Positions 8,649-17,510 are shown, counted from the stretch's first letter. The stretch: 32,000 nucleotides of DNA from Haloferax volcanii DS2 (GCF_000025685.1 NC_013967.1:1-32000), one strand, 5' to 3'. The notes: generated from the sequence alone by a model not told the origin. A program made the numbers and translations.

Positions 8649-8872
8649 GCCGGTTCTCGTCGCGCTCTCGAAGCTGTTTCTCGCGCGCTCGCGTCCTCGA
8701 AAGTGACATCGCTCGACCGGTGGTCGTCGGCGGTCGCTGAAGTCGGCTCGTGGCGAGAACGGAACAGCCGGCGACACCGATGCACACACCAGTCCACGAG
8801 CGCCGAAAACCGGGCGTAGCCCCTCGATTTTCCGCCTGCCGATTACTTCACATTCGCGGACCTATTGCGGGC
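8649..8872 (+). promoter_or_regulatory. tnaA upstream regulatory region
   Basis: 224-nt non-coding gap upstream of tryptophanase. The short direct repeat CGATT(N12)CGATT at 8825-8846 lies just upstream of the start. In H. volcanii the tnaA promoter is known to be tryptophan-inducible. Confidence 0.4.
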
Positions 8873-10219
8873 ATGAAATCGTACAAGGCGAAGATGGTCG
8901 AGCCCATCGAACTCCCCTCGCGCGAGGAGCGCGAGGCCGCCCTCGAACGCGCCGGCTACAACGCGTTCAACCTCGACGCTCGCGACGTGTACATCGACCT
9001 CCTGACCGACTCGGGGACGGGAACGATGTCCGCAGAGCAGTGGGCCGCGATGATTCGCGGCGACGAGGCCTACGCCGGCAGCGAGTCGTTCGCCCGACTC
9101 GCGGAGTCGGTCCGCGACGTGATGGGATTCGAGCACGTCGTGCCGACCCATCAGGGCCGCGGCGCTGAGAACGTCCTCTACGGCGTCCTCTTGGAGGACG
9201 GCGACGTGGTGCCGAACAACTCCCATTTCGACACGACCCGCGCCCACGTCGTCAATCAGGGCGCGGAGCCGGTCGACTGCCCGTCGCCCGCCGCTCGCGA
9301 CCCCAACTCGACGGAGACGTTCAAGGGCAACTTCGACATCGACGCGGGCTACGCGCTCGTCGAGGAGGTCGGGGCCGACGCGATTCCCGTCGTCGCCCTC
9401 ACCATCACGAACAACTCCGTCGCCGGCCAGCCGGTCTCGATGGCGAACATCCGCGCCACCGCCGAGTTCGCCCGCGACATCGACGCCATGTTCGTCATCG
9501 ACGCCTGTCGGTTCGCGGAGAACGCCCACTTCATCAAGACCCACGAGGCGGGCTACGAGAACCACTCGGTCGCCGAAATCGCCCGCGCGCAGTTCGAACA
9601 CGCAGACGCCATCACGATGTCCGGGAAGAAGGACGCCCTCGTCAACATCGGCGGCTTCGCCGCGATGCGCGACGAGACGGTGTTCGAACACGCGAAACAG
9701 CGCGCCATCCTCTACGAGGGCTTTCCCACCTACGGCGGCCTCTCGGGCCGCGACATCGAGGCGATGGCCGTCGGCCTCCGCGAGGCCGTCACACCGCCGT
9801 ACGTGACCGACCGCGTCGAGCAGGTGGCCGAACTGGGCGACCTGCTGGTCGAGGCCGGCGTCCCCGTCTACCAACCGACCGGCGGGCACGCGGTCTACCT
9901 CGACGCCGGCGAGGTGTTCCCGCACATCCCGAAAGAGGAGTTCCCCGGACAGGAACTCGTCTGCGCGCTCTACCTCGAAGGCGGCGTTCGCGGCGTCGAA
10001 CTCGGCGGCTTCGCGTTCCCCGGCACCGACCGGCCAGACCTCGTGCGCCTCGCGCTCCCGCGGCGCACATACAGCCGCGAACACCTCGAACACGTCGCCG
10101 AGACGGCCGCGAAGGTGATGGCCTCGGCCGGCGAATACGGCGGCCTCGAAATCGTCGCGGAGCCGCCGATGAAGGAGCTTCGGCATTTCTCGTCGCGGCT
10201 CGAACCGGTGTCGAACTGA
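8873..10219 (+). CDS. tnaA: Tryptophanase (beta-eliminating lyase, PLP-dependent)
   Basis: 448 aa from ATG 8873 (MKSYKAKMVEPIELPSREERE...). PLP-lysine region MSGKKDALVNIGG. The tryptophanase/tyrosine phenol-lyase architecture runs the full length. The 41 upstream codons of the track ORF look non-coding. Confidence 0.9.
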   Translation: MKSYKAKMVEPIELPSREEREAALERAGYNAFNLDARDVYIDLLTDSGTGTMSAEQWAAMIRGDEAYAGSESFARLAESVRDVMGFEHVVPTHQGRGAENVLYGVLLEDGDVVPNNSHFDTTRAHVVNQGAEPVDCPSPAARDPNSTETFKGNFDIDAGYALVEEVGADAIPVVALTITNNSVAGQPVSMANIRATAEFARDIDAMFVIDACRFAENAHFIKTHEAGYENHSVAEIARAQFEHADAITMSGKKDALVNIGGFAAMRDETVFEHAKQRAILYEGFPTYGGLSGRDIEAMAVGLREAVTPPYVTDRVEQVAELGDLLVEAGVPVYQPTGGHAVYLDAGEVFPHIPKEEFPGQELVCALYLEGGVRGVELGGFAFPGTDRPDLVRLALPRRTYSREHLEHVAETAAKVMASAGEYGGLEIVAEPPMKELRHFSSRLEPVSN

Positions 10220-10247
10220 TGGCTTCAGGACGGCCACTCGCGTTCCC

Positions 10248-10907
10248 CTATTTTCCCTCGTACAGCCGACTCGCCAGTCGCTCCGGCAGGCCGGCCTTGC
10301 GTACGCGCTCCGCGACGCGGTCGATGTCGTAGTTGACGCGTTCCGCCTCGATTTCCATCGCGTCGAGGTCGACGACCGCGTAGGCCGCCCGCGGGTCGCC
10401 GTCGCGGGGCTGGCCGACGCTACCGGGGTTCAGCACGATTCCGTCGTCGTAGATTCGGTAGCCCTGCACGTGGGTGTGGCCCAACACCAGCAGGTCCTCG
10501 TCGTCGAGGAGCGACGGCGAGAAGTCGTCGGGATAGGTGTAGCGGTCGGGGTGGTTCGGGTGGCCGTGGGCGAGTTTGACTCGGCCGTCGGCGAGCGTCC
10601 GGTTCTTCGGAAGCGCCGAGAGCCAATCCATCGACGCCGGCGACAGCGCGTCGCGGGCGTAGTCGACGCCCGCGGCCGCCATGCTGTTGAAGCGGAAGCC
10701 GGTCCCCGACGTGACCGCGCGGTCGTGGTTCCCCGAGACGGTCGGCACGTCCCGTTCTGCGAGTTCGGACACGCACTCCTCGGGCCACGGGTTGTAGCCG
10801 ACCACGTCGCCGGCGCAGACCAGTCGGTCGACCGAGGGCATCGATTCGAGCACCGCTTCGAGTGCCGGGAGGTTCCCGTGCACGTCCGAGATGACGCCCA
10901 GACGCAT
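10248..10907 (-). CDS. Metallophosphoesterase (YfcE/MJ0936-like)
   Basis: 219 aa with motifs DVHGN, GDVVGYNP, GNHD and GHTH. Confidence 0.85.
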   Translation of the reverse strand: MRLGVISDVHGNLPALEAVLESMPSVDRLVCAGDVVGYNPWPEECVSELAERDVPTVSGNHDRAVTSGTGFRFNSMAAAGVDYARDALSPASMDWLSALPKNRTLADGRVKLAHGHPNHPDRYTYPDDFSPSLLDDEDLLVLGHTHVQGYRIYDDGIVLNPGSVGQPRDGDPRAAYAVVDLDAMEIEAERVNYDIDRVAERVRKAGLPERLASRLYEGK

Positions 10908-10955
10908 GGCTCGGTGTACGGTGTCGCGGGTGAAAAATCTCGGGCCGCGGCGGCG

Positions 10956-11528
10956 TTATTCGCCGTTGTAGAAGGAGGTTTCGACGGCGTCGCCGACGGT
11001 CGCGGCGGCGGCGCAGACGGCGTGTTCGAACTCGTGGTCGTACAGTTCGCGGGCCGCGTCGGCGGCGGTCTCGGCGTCGAGGTCGAACGCGCGCGGGTCG
11101 TCTTCCTCGTAGGTCGCCACGAGCGTCGGTTCGGTGACAGCTTCGACGACGAGGGCGTCCTTGCGGACGATGCCGATGTAGGCCTCGTCGTCGCCGACGA
11201 CGCCAGCGATGCGGGGCGTGTCGTAGTCGTCTTTCTCGTAGTCGAGCGCGAGCAGAATCTCCGCGAGCGCGTCGCGCGGCGGGTAGCCGAGGTCGAGTTT
11301 CTCCGCGACGGGGTCGACCTGCGAGCCGTTGCCGACGACGACGTAGTCGCCGCCCTCGCGGACGCAGTTGTAGGCGATGTAGGGGTTGTCGGTCTCGGGG
11401 GCGTCGGGCGTCGGCCCGACGGTCAGGGCGTCGTCCCGGTCGACGACCCGTCGGTTCGGGAAGGACCGAGAGGAGACGCGATACGCACCGATTCCGGGAC
11501 TAACGACGACGAAACGTCCGACGTACAT
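10956..11528 (-). CDS. purO: Archaeal-type IMP cyclohydrolase PurO
   Basis: 190 aa with [24 protein letters not shown] and [13 protein letters not shown], which I recognise as PurO family signatures. Confidence 0.8.
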   Translation of the reverse strand: MYVGRFVVVSPGIGAYRVSSRSFPNRRVVDRDDALTVGPTPDAPETDNPYIAYNCVREGGDYVVVGNGSQVDPVAEKLDLGYPPRDALAEILLALDYEKDDYDTPRIAGVVGDDEAYIGIVRKDALVVEAVTEPTLVATYEEDDPRAFDLDAETAADAARELYDHEFEHAVCAAAATVGDAVETSFYNGE

Positions 11529-11626
11529 ACACGACAGTGGATAGAATAGGGGGAAATAGTTGGCGGTTTATGCACGTCCGTCCGTCACCGTGCGACGAAA
11601 TCCCACGGCGGAATCGACACGCAACG

Positions 11627-11636
11627 TTTACAAATA
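11627..11636 (+). promoter_or_regulatory. TATA box of tRNA-Gln
   Basis: TTTACAAATA is centred about 30 nt upstream of tRNA position 1 (11661). Confidence 0.5.
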
Positions 11637-11660
11637 CCCGCGAAGTACGAACTGATGCGA

Positions 11661-11733
11661 AGTCCCATGGGGTAGTGGCCAATCCTGTTGCCTTCTGGGG
11701 GCAACGACCCAGGTTCGAATCCTGGTGGGACTA
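11661..11733 (+). tRNA. tRNA-Gln: tRNA-Gln (anticodon CUG)
   Basis: Manual cloverleaf. Acceptor AGTCCCA/TGGGACT (7 bp), D stem GGGT/ATCC, anticodon stem TTGCC/GGCAA with loop TTCTGGG (U33, CTG, G37), T stem CCAGG/CCTGG with loop TTCGAAT, discriminator A. CCA is not encoded and there is no intron. Confidence 0.93.
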
Positions 11734-11779
11734 TTTCTCCGATTCTCACGCGCTTCGAGGCTACGCTGTCCCCCCTGAT

Positions 11780-11800
11780 CTCCAGTTGAAACGAAGGGGT
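11780..11800 (+). repeat. ORB-like box downstream of tRNA-Gln
   Basis: CTCCAGTTGAAACGAAGGGGT is 18/21 identical to the orc1-promoter copy and 19/21 identical to the 15332-15312 copy. Confidence 0.55.
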
Positions 11801-11837
11801 GGGATTCGAAAACCCAAGGGGTTTGTTTCGAGTGGAG
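11780..11837. repeat. 58-nt imperfect inverted repeat / hairpin
   Basis: Arms CTCCAGTTGAAAC (11780-11792) and GTTTCGAGTGGAG (11825-11837) give 11 Watson-Crick pairs, 1 G:U and 1 mismatch. An inner GGG(9 nt)CCC mini-stem lies at 11801-11815. Confidence 0.6.
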
Positions 11838-11896
11838 TTCTTGAGTACGGATTCGCGGGACCACCGGATACGGCCGATACGGGCCGCGAAAACCGC

Positions 11897-12391
11897 TTAG
11901 CGGTCGACCGCGAGGAGCGCCACTCGCTCTCTGACCAGCGCGGGGAGGTCGCCGTCGACGACGTGCAACTCCGTCTCGCCCACGTCGAACACGTCGCGGA
12001 CGAGGCTCTCGTCGTAATCACCGAGGGTCTCTGCGGGTTCGAAGTCGAGGCGGTCGAACAGCGCGGCCTCGGCGGCGGCCTCGTCGCCGCCGTCGACGAG
12101 AACCACGACGGGGAGCGTCCCTTCCGAGACGCCGATTTCGAACGCGCGGTTAATCTGCCGGCGGCCGCTGGCGTAGAGGAGGATTTCGACGGCGCGGTCG
12201 CGGGCGATTTCGTTGCCGCGGGCGATGGCCCTGTCGGCGAGCTCGACCGCTCGTTCGAGGTGCTCGCGGTCCACGACGTACCGGGCGTCGAACGCCTGCA
12301 CCGTCGCGCCCGTCTCGTCGGCCACGTCGCCGACGGCCGCGATGAACGAATCGAGGTCCGAGACGGTCGCCTCGGCTTCGAGGAGCCTCAT
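11897..12391 (-). CDS. cgi121: KEOPS complex subunit Cgi121
   Basis: 164 aa. [20 protein letters not shown] matches the conserved Cgi121 motif (compare EILVRASGQRQIHEAIKIIG in the methanogen protein as I recall it). Its start overlaps the hel308 stop (ATGA). Confidence 0.75.
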   Translation of the reverse strand: MRLLEAEATVSDLDSFIAAVGDVADETGATVQAFDARYVVDREHLERAVELADRAIARGNEIARDRAVEILLYASGRRQINRAFEIGVSEGTLPVVVLVDGGDEAAAEAALFDRLDFEPAETLGDYDESLVRDVFDVGETELHVVDGDLPALVRERVALLAVDR

Positions 12392-14871
12392 TCGAAATCA
12401 CCCAGACTGGCCTGCTGGTCGGCGCGCTCTTTGGCCGTCTCGAAGCCGGCGTCGTCGGGGACGGCGTCGTCCGGCGCGTCGTCTTCGTCCACCGCGTCCA
12501 TCGACGGGTCCTTTCTCCCCGCGGCTTCGAGGATGTTCTCCGCGGTCTTCCTGCGACCCCGGAGGGCGGCGAGGACGCGCGGTTTGTCGGCCTCGCGGAG
12601 GTCGGCCCGAGTTTCGACGCCGGCCTCGAACAGCCGGCGGGCGCGCTTTCGGCCGACGCCGCGGACGCCGGCGAGGTCGAGCAGTTCCTCGCGGACGCCG
12701 TACTCGACGCGCTTTTTCGCCTCGCGGACCGCGTACACCGAATCGAGGTCGAGTTCGGTGGCGAGTCGCTCGGCCGCGCCGAGGAGCCACTCGGAGGTCT
12801 CGACTTTCCCGCGGATGTCGCCGGGGCCGACCCCGTAGCGCTCGGTGATGCGGTCTTCGTCCACCTCGCCGACCCAGTCTTCGAGGAGTTTCGCGGTCTT
12901 CAGCGCCGACAGCCAGTCTTCGAACGCCACGTCCTCGTACTCCGAGGGAACGCGCCCGAGGAACTCCGGTTCGCGCTCGTAGCACAGTTCCGTGTAGGTC
13001 TCGCGGTCGCCGGACTTCAGGTAGAGCTGATACATATCGGGCGTCCGGCAGACGAGGTGATAGAGACCGAGCGGCGTCGGATACGTCCGGTCCGTCTCGA
13101 CCCCGTCGGCGTCGTCGCTGTCGCCGTCGCCGTTCGCCCCCACCCCGTCTTCGCCGCCTCCACCGTCGCCGTCGTCAGCGACCATCTCGCTTGCCCGCTG
13201 GAAGCCGCCGGATTCGTCGGATTCGCTTCGGTCTCGCGTCGGCTTCTCGGGCGTCTCGCCCGCGAGCGCCCGGAGCTTCTCGGTCCGGTGGTCCGCGGCC
13301 CATTCGAGGCCGTCGATGATTTCGGCGGCGCTCATCGGGTCGAGGTAGAGCCGCGAGACGGTGTGGCCGACGGGCGTCGCCTGTATGGTCTCTCCTTCGA
13401 ACTCGACGAACCCGTTTACTTCGAGGTAGTCGAGCACGCGGTCCGTCACCTGTCCGAGTCGCTCGGGGTCGTCGGTCTGGGTCGCATACAGTGTCTGGTC
13501 TAAGAATTCGAGCAGTCCCTCACGGGTGTGGGCGAAGCCGGAGGCGACCGTGGCGAGCAGGTGCGTCCGCAGGGCCGGCTCGGCCGCGAGCTTCGACCGC
13601 ACGTCCTCGGCGTCGGCCCAGATGTACCGCTCGAACAGTTCGTCGCGGGCGTCCGCGTCCTTCGCCAACAGCACCGCCTCGCCGTAGGGGTCGAGGCCGG
13701 GGCGGCCGGCCCGACCCATCATCTGGTGGACTTCGAGCACGTCCAGCGGTTTCATGCCGCCGTAGTCGCCGTCGTAGCGTTGCCAGTCGCGGACGACGAC
13801 GCGGCGGCTCGGGGTGTTGACGCCGGCGGCGAGCGTCGGCGTCGCGCAGATGCATTTGATGAGTCTGTCGCGGAAGGCGTCTTCCACGAGCGTTCGGTGT
13901 TCCGCGGCGAGTCCCGCGTGGTGGAACGCCGCGCCTTTGGCGACCGCGTTGGCGAGGTCGTCGGAGGTCTCGGTGTCGGACACGTCGCGTATCTCGGCGG
14001 CGAGCTCCGCGAGGTCGCTCCGCTCGTCGCCGGTGACGTACCGCTCCGTCACGTCGGCCATGCGGCGGGCCGCGGACTCCGCGTTGCGCCGCGAGTTCAC
14101 GAAGACGAGCGAGGAGCCTTGGTCGCCCTCGCCGTCGCCCTCCAGCGCGTCGGCGACGAGCGCGGGCGTCTGTCGTTCCCCGCGGCCGACCGGCACCTCG
14201 CGTTGGCTCCCGTCGGCGAAGGAGACGGCGTTGCCGTAGTGGACGCCCATCTTGAGGTCGATGGGTCGCCAGTCGGACTTGACGAGCTCCGCGTCGAGCC
14301 AGTCGGAGACGACGCCCGCGTTGCCGACGGTCGCCGAGAGTGCGACGACTTGCAGGTTCGTGTTGAGTCGGCGGAGCTTCGCCAGCGTGACCTCCAGCGT
14401 CGGCCCGCGGTGGCGGTCGTCGACGAGGTGGACCTCGTCGGCGACGACGCAGGTGAGTTGGTCCATCCACGCCGCGTTGTTCCGGACGAGCGAGTCGACC
14501 TTCTCGCTCGTGGCGACGATGATGTCGCGCGAGGAGAGCCACTCGCCGTCGGACTCGTAGTTGCCGGTCGAGACGCCCACGTCGATGCCGTACTCCTCCC
14601 AGCGCTCGAACTCGGCTTTCTTCTCGGAGGCGAGCGCCCGGAGCGGGACGATGTACAGCGCCTTCCCGCCGCGCGCGACGCTCGACAGCATCGCCAGTTC
14701 GGCGATGAGCGTCTTTCCGCTCGCCGTCGGGACGGCGGCCACGAGGCTCTCGCCGTCCGTCAGGCCGGCCTCGACGGCCTCGGCCTGCGGCGGGTACAGC
14801 TCCTCGATACCCTCGTCGCGGAGGGCCTCGGGAATCCCCGTCGGCAGGCCCGTCAGGTCCGCAGTTCGCAT
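12388..14871 (-). CDS. hel308: Hel308 (Ski2-like superfamily 2 DNA helicase)
   Basis: 827 aa. Walker [14 protein letters not shown] box VVADEVHLV, motif [13 protein letters not shown] and a C-terminal HhH-like region. Contains an acidic Gly/Asp-rich insertion encoded at about 13081-13262. Confidence 0.93.
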   Translation of the reverse strand: MRTADLTGLPTGIPEALRDEGIEELYPPQAEAVEAGLTDGESLVAAVPTASGKTLIAELAMLSSVARGGKALYIVPLRALASEKKAEFERWEEYGIDVGVSTGNYESDGEWLSSRDIIVATSEKVDSLVRNNAAWMDQLTCVVADEVHLVDDRHRGPTLEVTLAKLRRLNTNLQVVALSATVGNAGVVSDWLDAELVKSDWRPIDLKMGVHYGNAVSFADGSQREVPVGRGERQTPALVADALEGDGEGDQGSSLVFVNSRRNAESAARRMADVTERYVTGDERSDLAELAAEIRDVSDTETSDDLANAVAKGAAFHHAGLAAEHRTLVEDAFRDRLIKCICATPTLAAGVNTPSRRVVVRDWQRYDGDYGGMKPLDVLEVHQMMGRAGRPGLDPYGEAVLLAKDADARDELFERYIWADAEDVRSKLAAEPALRTHLLATVASGFAHTREGLLEFLDQTLYATQTDDPERLGQVTDRVLDYLEVNGFVEFEGETIQATPVGHTVSRLYLDPMSAAEIIDGLEWAADHRTEKLRALAGETPEKPTRDRSESDESGGFQRASEMVADDGDGGGGEDGVGANGDGDSDDADGVETDRTYPTPLGLYHLVCRTPDMYQLYLKSGDRETYTELCYEREPEFLGRVPSEYEDVAFEDWLSALKTAKLLEDWVGEVDEDRITERYGVGPGDIRGKVETSEWLLGAAERLATELDLDSVYAVREAKKRVEYGVREELLDLAGVRGVGRKRARRLFEAGVETRADLREADKPRVLAALRGRRKTAENILEAAGRKDPSMDAVDEDDAPDDAVPDDAGFETAKERADQQASLGDFE

Positions 14872-14896
14872 TGCATCTCCCTTGGACCGTCCCCCG

Positions 14897-14903
14897 GTTT
14901 AAG
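14897..14903 (-). promoter_or_regulatory. TATA-like box for hel308
   Basis: The minus strand reads CTTAAAC, centred about 29 nt upstream of ATG 14871. Confidence 0.3.
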
Positions 14904-14979
14904 CCATCGGGTCGGTTCGGTCGCCGACCCACGTCCCCGCGTCGGCAGGGCTTTGTACGGCCCGGCGGTACGATGGCGC

Positions 14980-15225
14980 ATGAGAGTCGAGTACGACCGC
15001 GACACCTGCATCGGCATGTTCCAGTGTGTCGACGAGTGGGAGGGCTTCGAGAAGAACGTCGACGACGGCAAGGCCGACCTCGTCGACGGCGAGGAGACCG
15101 ACGACGGCGTCTTCGTCCGCGAGGTCCCCGAGGACGCCGAGTTCGACGCGAAGTTCGCCGCCCGCGTCTGCCCCGTCGAGGCCATCCGCATCCTCGACGA
15201 CGACGGCGAACAGCTCGTTCCCTGA
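14980..15225 (+). CDS. Small single-cluster ferredoxin
   Basis: 81 aa (MRVEYDRDTCIGMFQCVDEW...ARVCPVEAIRIL) with the Cys pattern C-x5-C ... CP of mono-cluster Fe-S ferredoxins. It is the only credible part of track ORF 13528-15225; the rest of that ORF is antisense to hel308. Confidence 0.75.
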   Translation: MRVEYDRDTCIGMFQCVDEWEGFEKNVDDGKADLVDGEETDDGVFVREVPEDAEFDAKFAARVCPVEAIRILDDDGEQLVP

Positions 15226-15311
15226 CCGCGACGCCGACGACGCCACCGGCTTCTCTCGCTTCTTCGACCTGACCGGCCCGTGTGACCGCCGACCGTGGGC
15301 CGCGTCCCCGA

Positions 15312-15332
15312 ACCCCTCCGTTTCGACTGGAG
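15312..15332 (-). repeat. ORB-like box downstream of the ferredoxin gene
   Basis: The minus strand reads CTCCAGTCGAAACGGAGGGGT, 19/21 identical to the 11780 copy. It lies 86 nt after the ferredoxin stop and 55 nt before the micro-ORF ATG. Confidence 0.55.
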
Positions 15333-15387
15333 ATTCGACCGACGATAGAGTGTAACAGTTAAGCGGCGGGCCCCTAATCGTGCCACT

Positions 15388-15474
15388 ATGAGCCAAGCGA
15401 CGAAAATCGTGCTCGGTACCGTCGGCGTGTCGGCCCTGCTGGCCGTCGTGTTCGTCGGGATGAGCATCGCCTGA
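15388..15474 (+). CDS. 28-aa single-pass membrane micro-protein (not in the ORF track)
   Basis: ATG 15388 to TGA 15472-15474 encodes MSQATKIVLGTVGVSALLAVVFVGMSIA, one hydrophobic helix. 24 of 27 non-start codons end in G or C, as in real genes here. TTAA-containing box about 30 nt upstream. The stop lies 4 nt before the next gene's ATG. Confidence 0.5.
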   Translation: MSQATKIVLGTVGVSALLAVVFVGMSIA

Positions 15475-15478
15475 ACGG

Positions 15479-16336
15479 ATGTTCGAGACGCGCAGCCTGC
15501 CGTCGGACCTCGAATCGGTCCGCGACGACTACGCCCCCGGCGCGCTCGTGTTGGACGTGGCCGGCGACTTCGACACCATCCCCCCCGAGGCCGCCGAAAA
15601 CCTCGGGCTGGTGGTCGACTCGCTCTCCCCGGCGGCGTACCCCGCCGAGTGGCTACCGGACGACGCGCCCCAACAGCTTCGGCGCTACGCGTCGTCGGAT
15701 TTCACCATCGGGATGCCCGGCGACGGCACCGTGTCGTGGTCCCGACAGACCGACCCGCCGGTCGTGCTGGTGAAGTACCGCGCGAAGGGGACGCCGGACG
15801 ACTTTCTGGATTTCCTCATCGCCGAGGCGTTCGTGCAGGCCGGGAACGACGAGATTCCCGAACACTTCCTCCCCTTCTTCGGTGAGCAGTACGCCGACCT
15901 CGCGGCGGCGACGCCGCTCGGCCCGAGCGAGACGTATCAGGTCGCCGCCGCCCTCTACGAGGGTTGGGTCGGCCTCCACACCCGCGAGGCGTTCGCGTCG
16001 TGGGAGGGCGACCACGACCGCCTCCACGAGGCGTGGGTCGACGCCGGCGGCCGCCTCGACAACCGCCTCGAAAATCTCCCGCGGCTCGTCGCGCTCGGTA
16101 GACTCTCGTTCGCCGAGGCGACCGAGTTCGCGTGTTCGGCCGTCAAACACGGCCGCGATCTCCCCGCGCCGTTTTCGGCGCTGGACACCGCGGCGTACCG
16201 CGACCACGGCCCGAGCTACGCGGTCAAGTGGGCCGAAAAGACGTTCGAGCAGCTCGCGGCCGACGACGATGGCGCTGACGCGGAATCGAGCGACGACGCC
16301 GACCCGACCGCGGACGACGCCGCCGACTCGGCGTAG
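15479..16336 (+). CDS. Conserved-looking acidic hypothetical protein
   Basis: 285 aa with strong GC3 bias, acidic composition and an Asp/Ala-rich C-terminal tail. I recognise no motif. Confidence 0.75.
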   Translation: MFETRSLPSDLESVRDDYAPGALVLDVAGDFDTIPPEAAENLGLVVDSLSPAAYPAEWLPDDAPQQLRRYASSDFTIGMPGDGTVSWSRQTDPPVVLVKYRAKGTPDDFLDFLIAEAFVQAGNDEIPEHFLPFFGEQYADLAAATPLGPSETYQVAAALYEGWVGLHTREAFASWEGDHDRLHEAWVDAGGRLDNRLENLPRLVALGRLSFAEATEFACSAVKHGRDLPAPFSALDTAAYRDHGPSYAVKWAEKTFEQLAADDDGADAESSDDADPTADDAADSA

Positions 16337-16357
16337 TCGGTCGCGTCGCGTTTCGCC

Positions 16358-16936
16358 TCAGAACTCGGTCGTGACGGTGCCGTCCTCGTTGAGGTCGACG
16401 ACGCCGTCGAACAGTTCGCGGAAGCGGTCGAGCGTCTCCTGGTCGTGGACCTCCTTCGAGAGGTGGAACAGCCCCACCGCGTCGAACTCGTCGAGCAGTT
16501 CGAGAATCTGTTTCGTCGCCTCGAAGGCGCGGTCCTCGTCGGCGTAGTAGGCCATCTCCGTGACCGAATCGACGCTGAGCCGGAGCTTCCCGTCGTGGCG
16601 TTCGAGGAACTGCCGGGTCTTCTCGACGATGGCGTCGAGGTCGTCGGGGGCCGCGACGTAGTGGATGTTCTCCGAACTGCGCCGGGAGTAGCCGCGCTCG
16701 ATAGACAGCGTGTCGAGGATGGTGGCGCTGGACTCGTCGACCTCGTAGTGTTCCAGCTTCTGTTCGACCTCGCGCGCGGTCGTCCGCGTCGAGATGACGA
16801 GGAAGCGGTCGGTGTCGACCTTGAAGAAGTCGGTGTCGATACGGTCGGTCTCGCCGATGCTCGGATGAAGGAGCAAGATACCTGTGCCGCCCGGAATCGT
16901 CGCGGGCGCGTCTTCGATGGCGAGCTCGTAATCCAT
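16358..16936 (-). CDS. KaiC/RecA-superfamily-like protein with a degenerate P-loop
   Basis: 192 aa. IPGGTGILLLHPSIGETD occupies the place of IPGG..hhhhG.pGtGKT. The Walker-B-like strand is LRLSVDSVTEM and the C-terminal ending is GVVDL. The P-loop lysine is absent. Family assignment is by pattern only. Confidence 0.55.
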   Translation of the reverse strand: MDYELAIEDAPATIPGGTGILLLHPSIGETDRIDTDFFKVDTDRFLVISTRTTAREVEQKLEHYEVDESSATILDTLSIERGYSRRSSENIHYVAAPDDLDAIVEKTRQFLERHDGKLRLSVDSVTEMAYYADEDRAFEATKQILELLDEFDAVGLFHLSKEVHDQETLDRFRELFDGVVDLNEDGTVTTEF

Positions 16937-17029
16937 ACCCCAAGCAGTTACCCTGCCGACTTAATCCTTCATGCCGCTCGGGCGGCGTCGTCCCGGAATC
17001 GTAACGTATGTTCACGCCGCCGGGCGAGG

Positions 17030-17488
17030 TCAGAACAGCGAGTCGGCCGTGGCCGCGCCGATGACGCTAAACACCGCGCCGACGCTCGTCGCCTTGAGCG
17101 TGATGCGGAGCACCGCGAGGTCGAGTTCGTACCCGAGCACGGAGACGAGGACTTCTCCCGACACGTCCGAGAGGAACGTCCCCGGCGCGTCGAACGCGAG
17201 CGCGAGGATGAACACGGAGAGATACGAGACGGAGATGAGCGAGATGAATCGGACGGGAATCCCGCCGACCTCGCGCTCTCTGTCGGGGTCGCGGTCGTCG
17301 GCCTTGTAGAGCGCGCCGTAGCCGACCGCGAGCACGATGATGAGCGTGAGAAGCGCCTGCGCGAACGACATGCTCCGCGCGAGCACCCACACCTCCTCGG
17401 TGACGACGAACGGCCCCGCGAGGAGGAAGCCGCCGACGACCTGCTGGGCGGTGTCGGCGAGCGCGAACCGACGGCGGACTCCGACCAT
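17030..17488 (-). CDS. Integral membrane protein (DUF2391/TIGR02587-like, tentative)
   Basis: 152 aa from ATG 17488 with about 4 TM segments and the motif GGFLLAGPFVVTEEVW. TTTTAATT lies 27 nt upstream of 17488. The track start at 17512 is a TTG. Confidence 0.7.
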   Translation of the reverse strand: MVGVRRRFALADTAQQVVGGFLLAGPFVVTEEVWVLARSMSFAQALLTLIIVLAVGYGALYKADDRDPDREREVGGIPVRFISLISVSYLSVFILALAFDAPGTFLSDVSGEVLVSVLGYELDLAVLRITLKATSVGAVFSVIGAATADSLF

Positions 17489-17510
17489 ACCCCGTCGTCG
17501 TGACGGCGGC

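Noticed and set aside
8750-8872. N-terminal extensions of track ORFs. Examples are tnaA from 8750, OYE from 4602, rhodanese to 24345, uvrB from 28061, sec11 to 3109, the GNAT-like gene to 7372 and the small protein to 28371.
   Set aside because: The extensions are basic or non-acidic and contain the TATA-like boxes of the genes themselves. They precede internal ATGs where recognisable conserved N-termini begin, so I trimmed the starts accordingly.
11734-11896. tRNA-Gln 3' flank as an integration site for a mobile element.
   Set aside because: There is no integrase nearby and no direct repeat of the tRNA 3' half downstream. The flanking genes are core housekeeping genes with normal composition.
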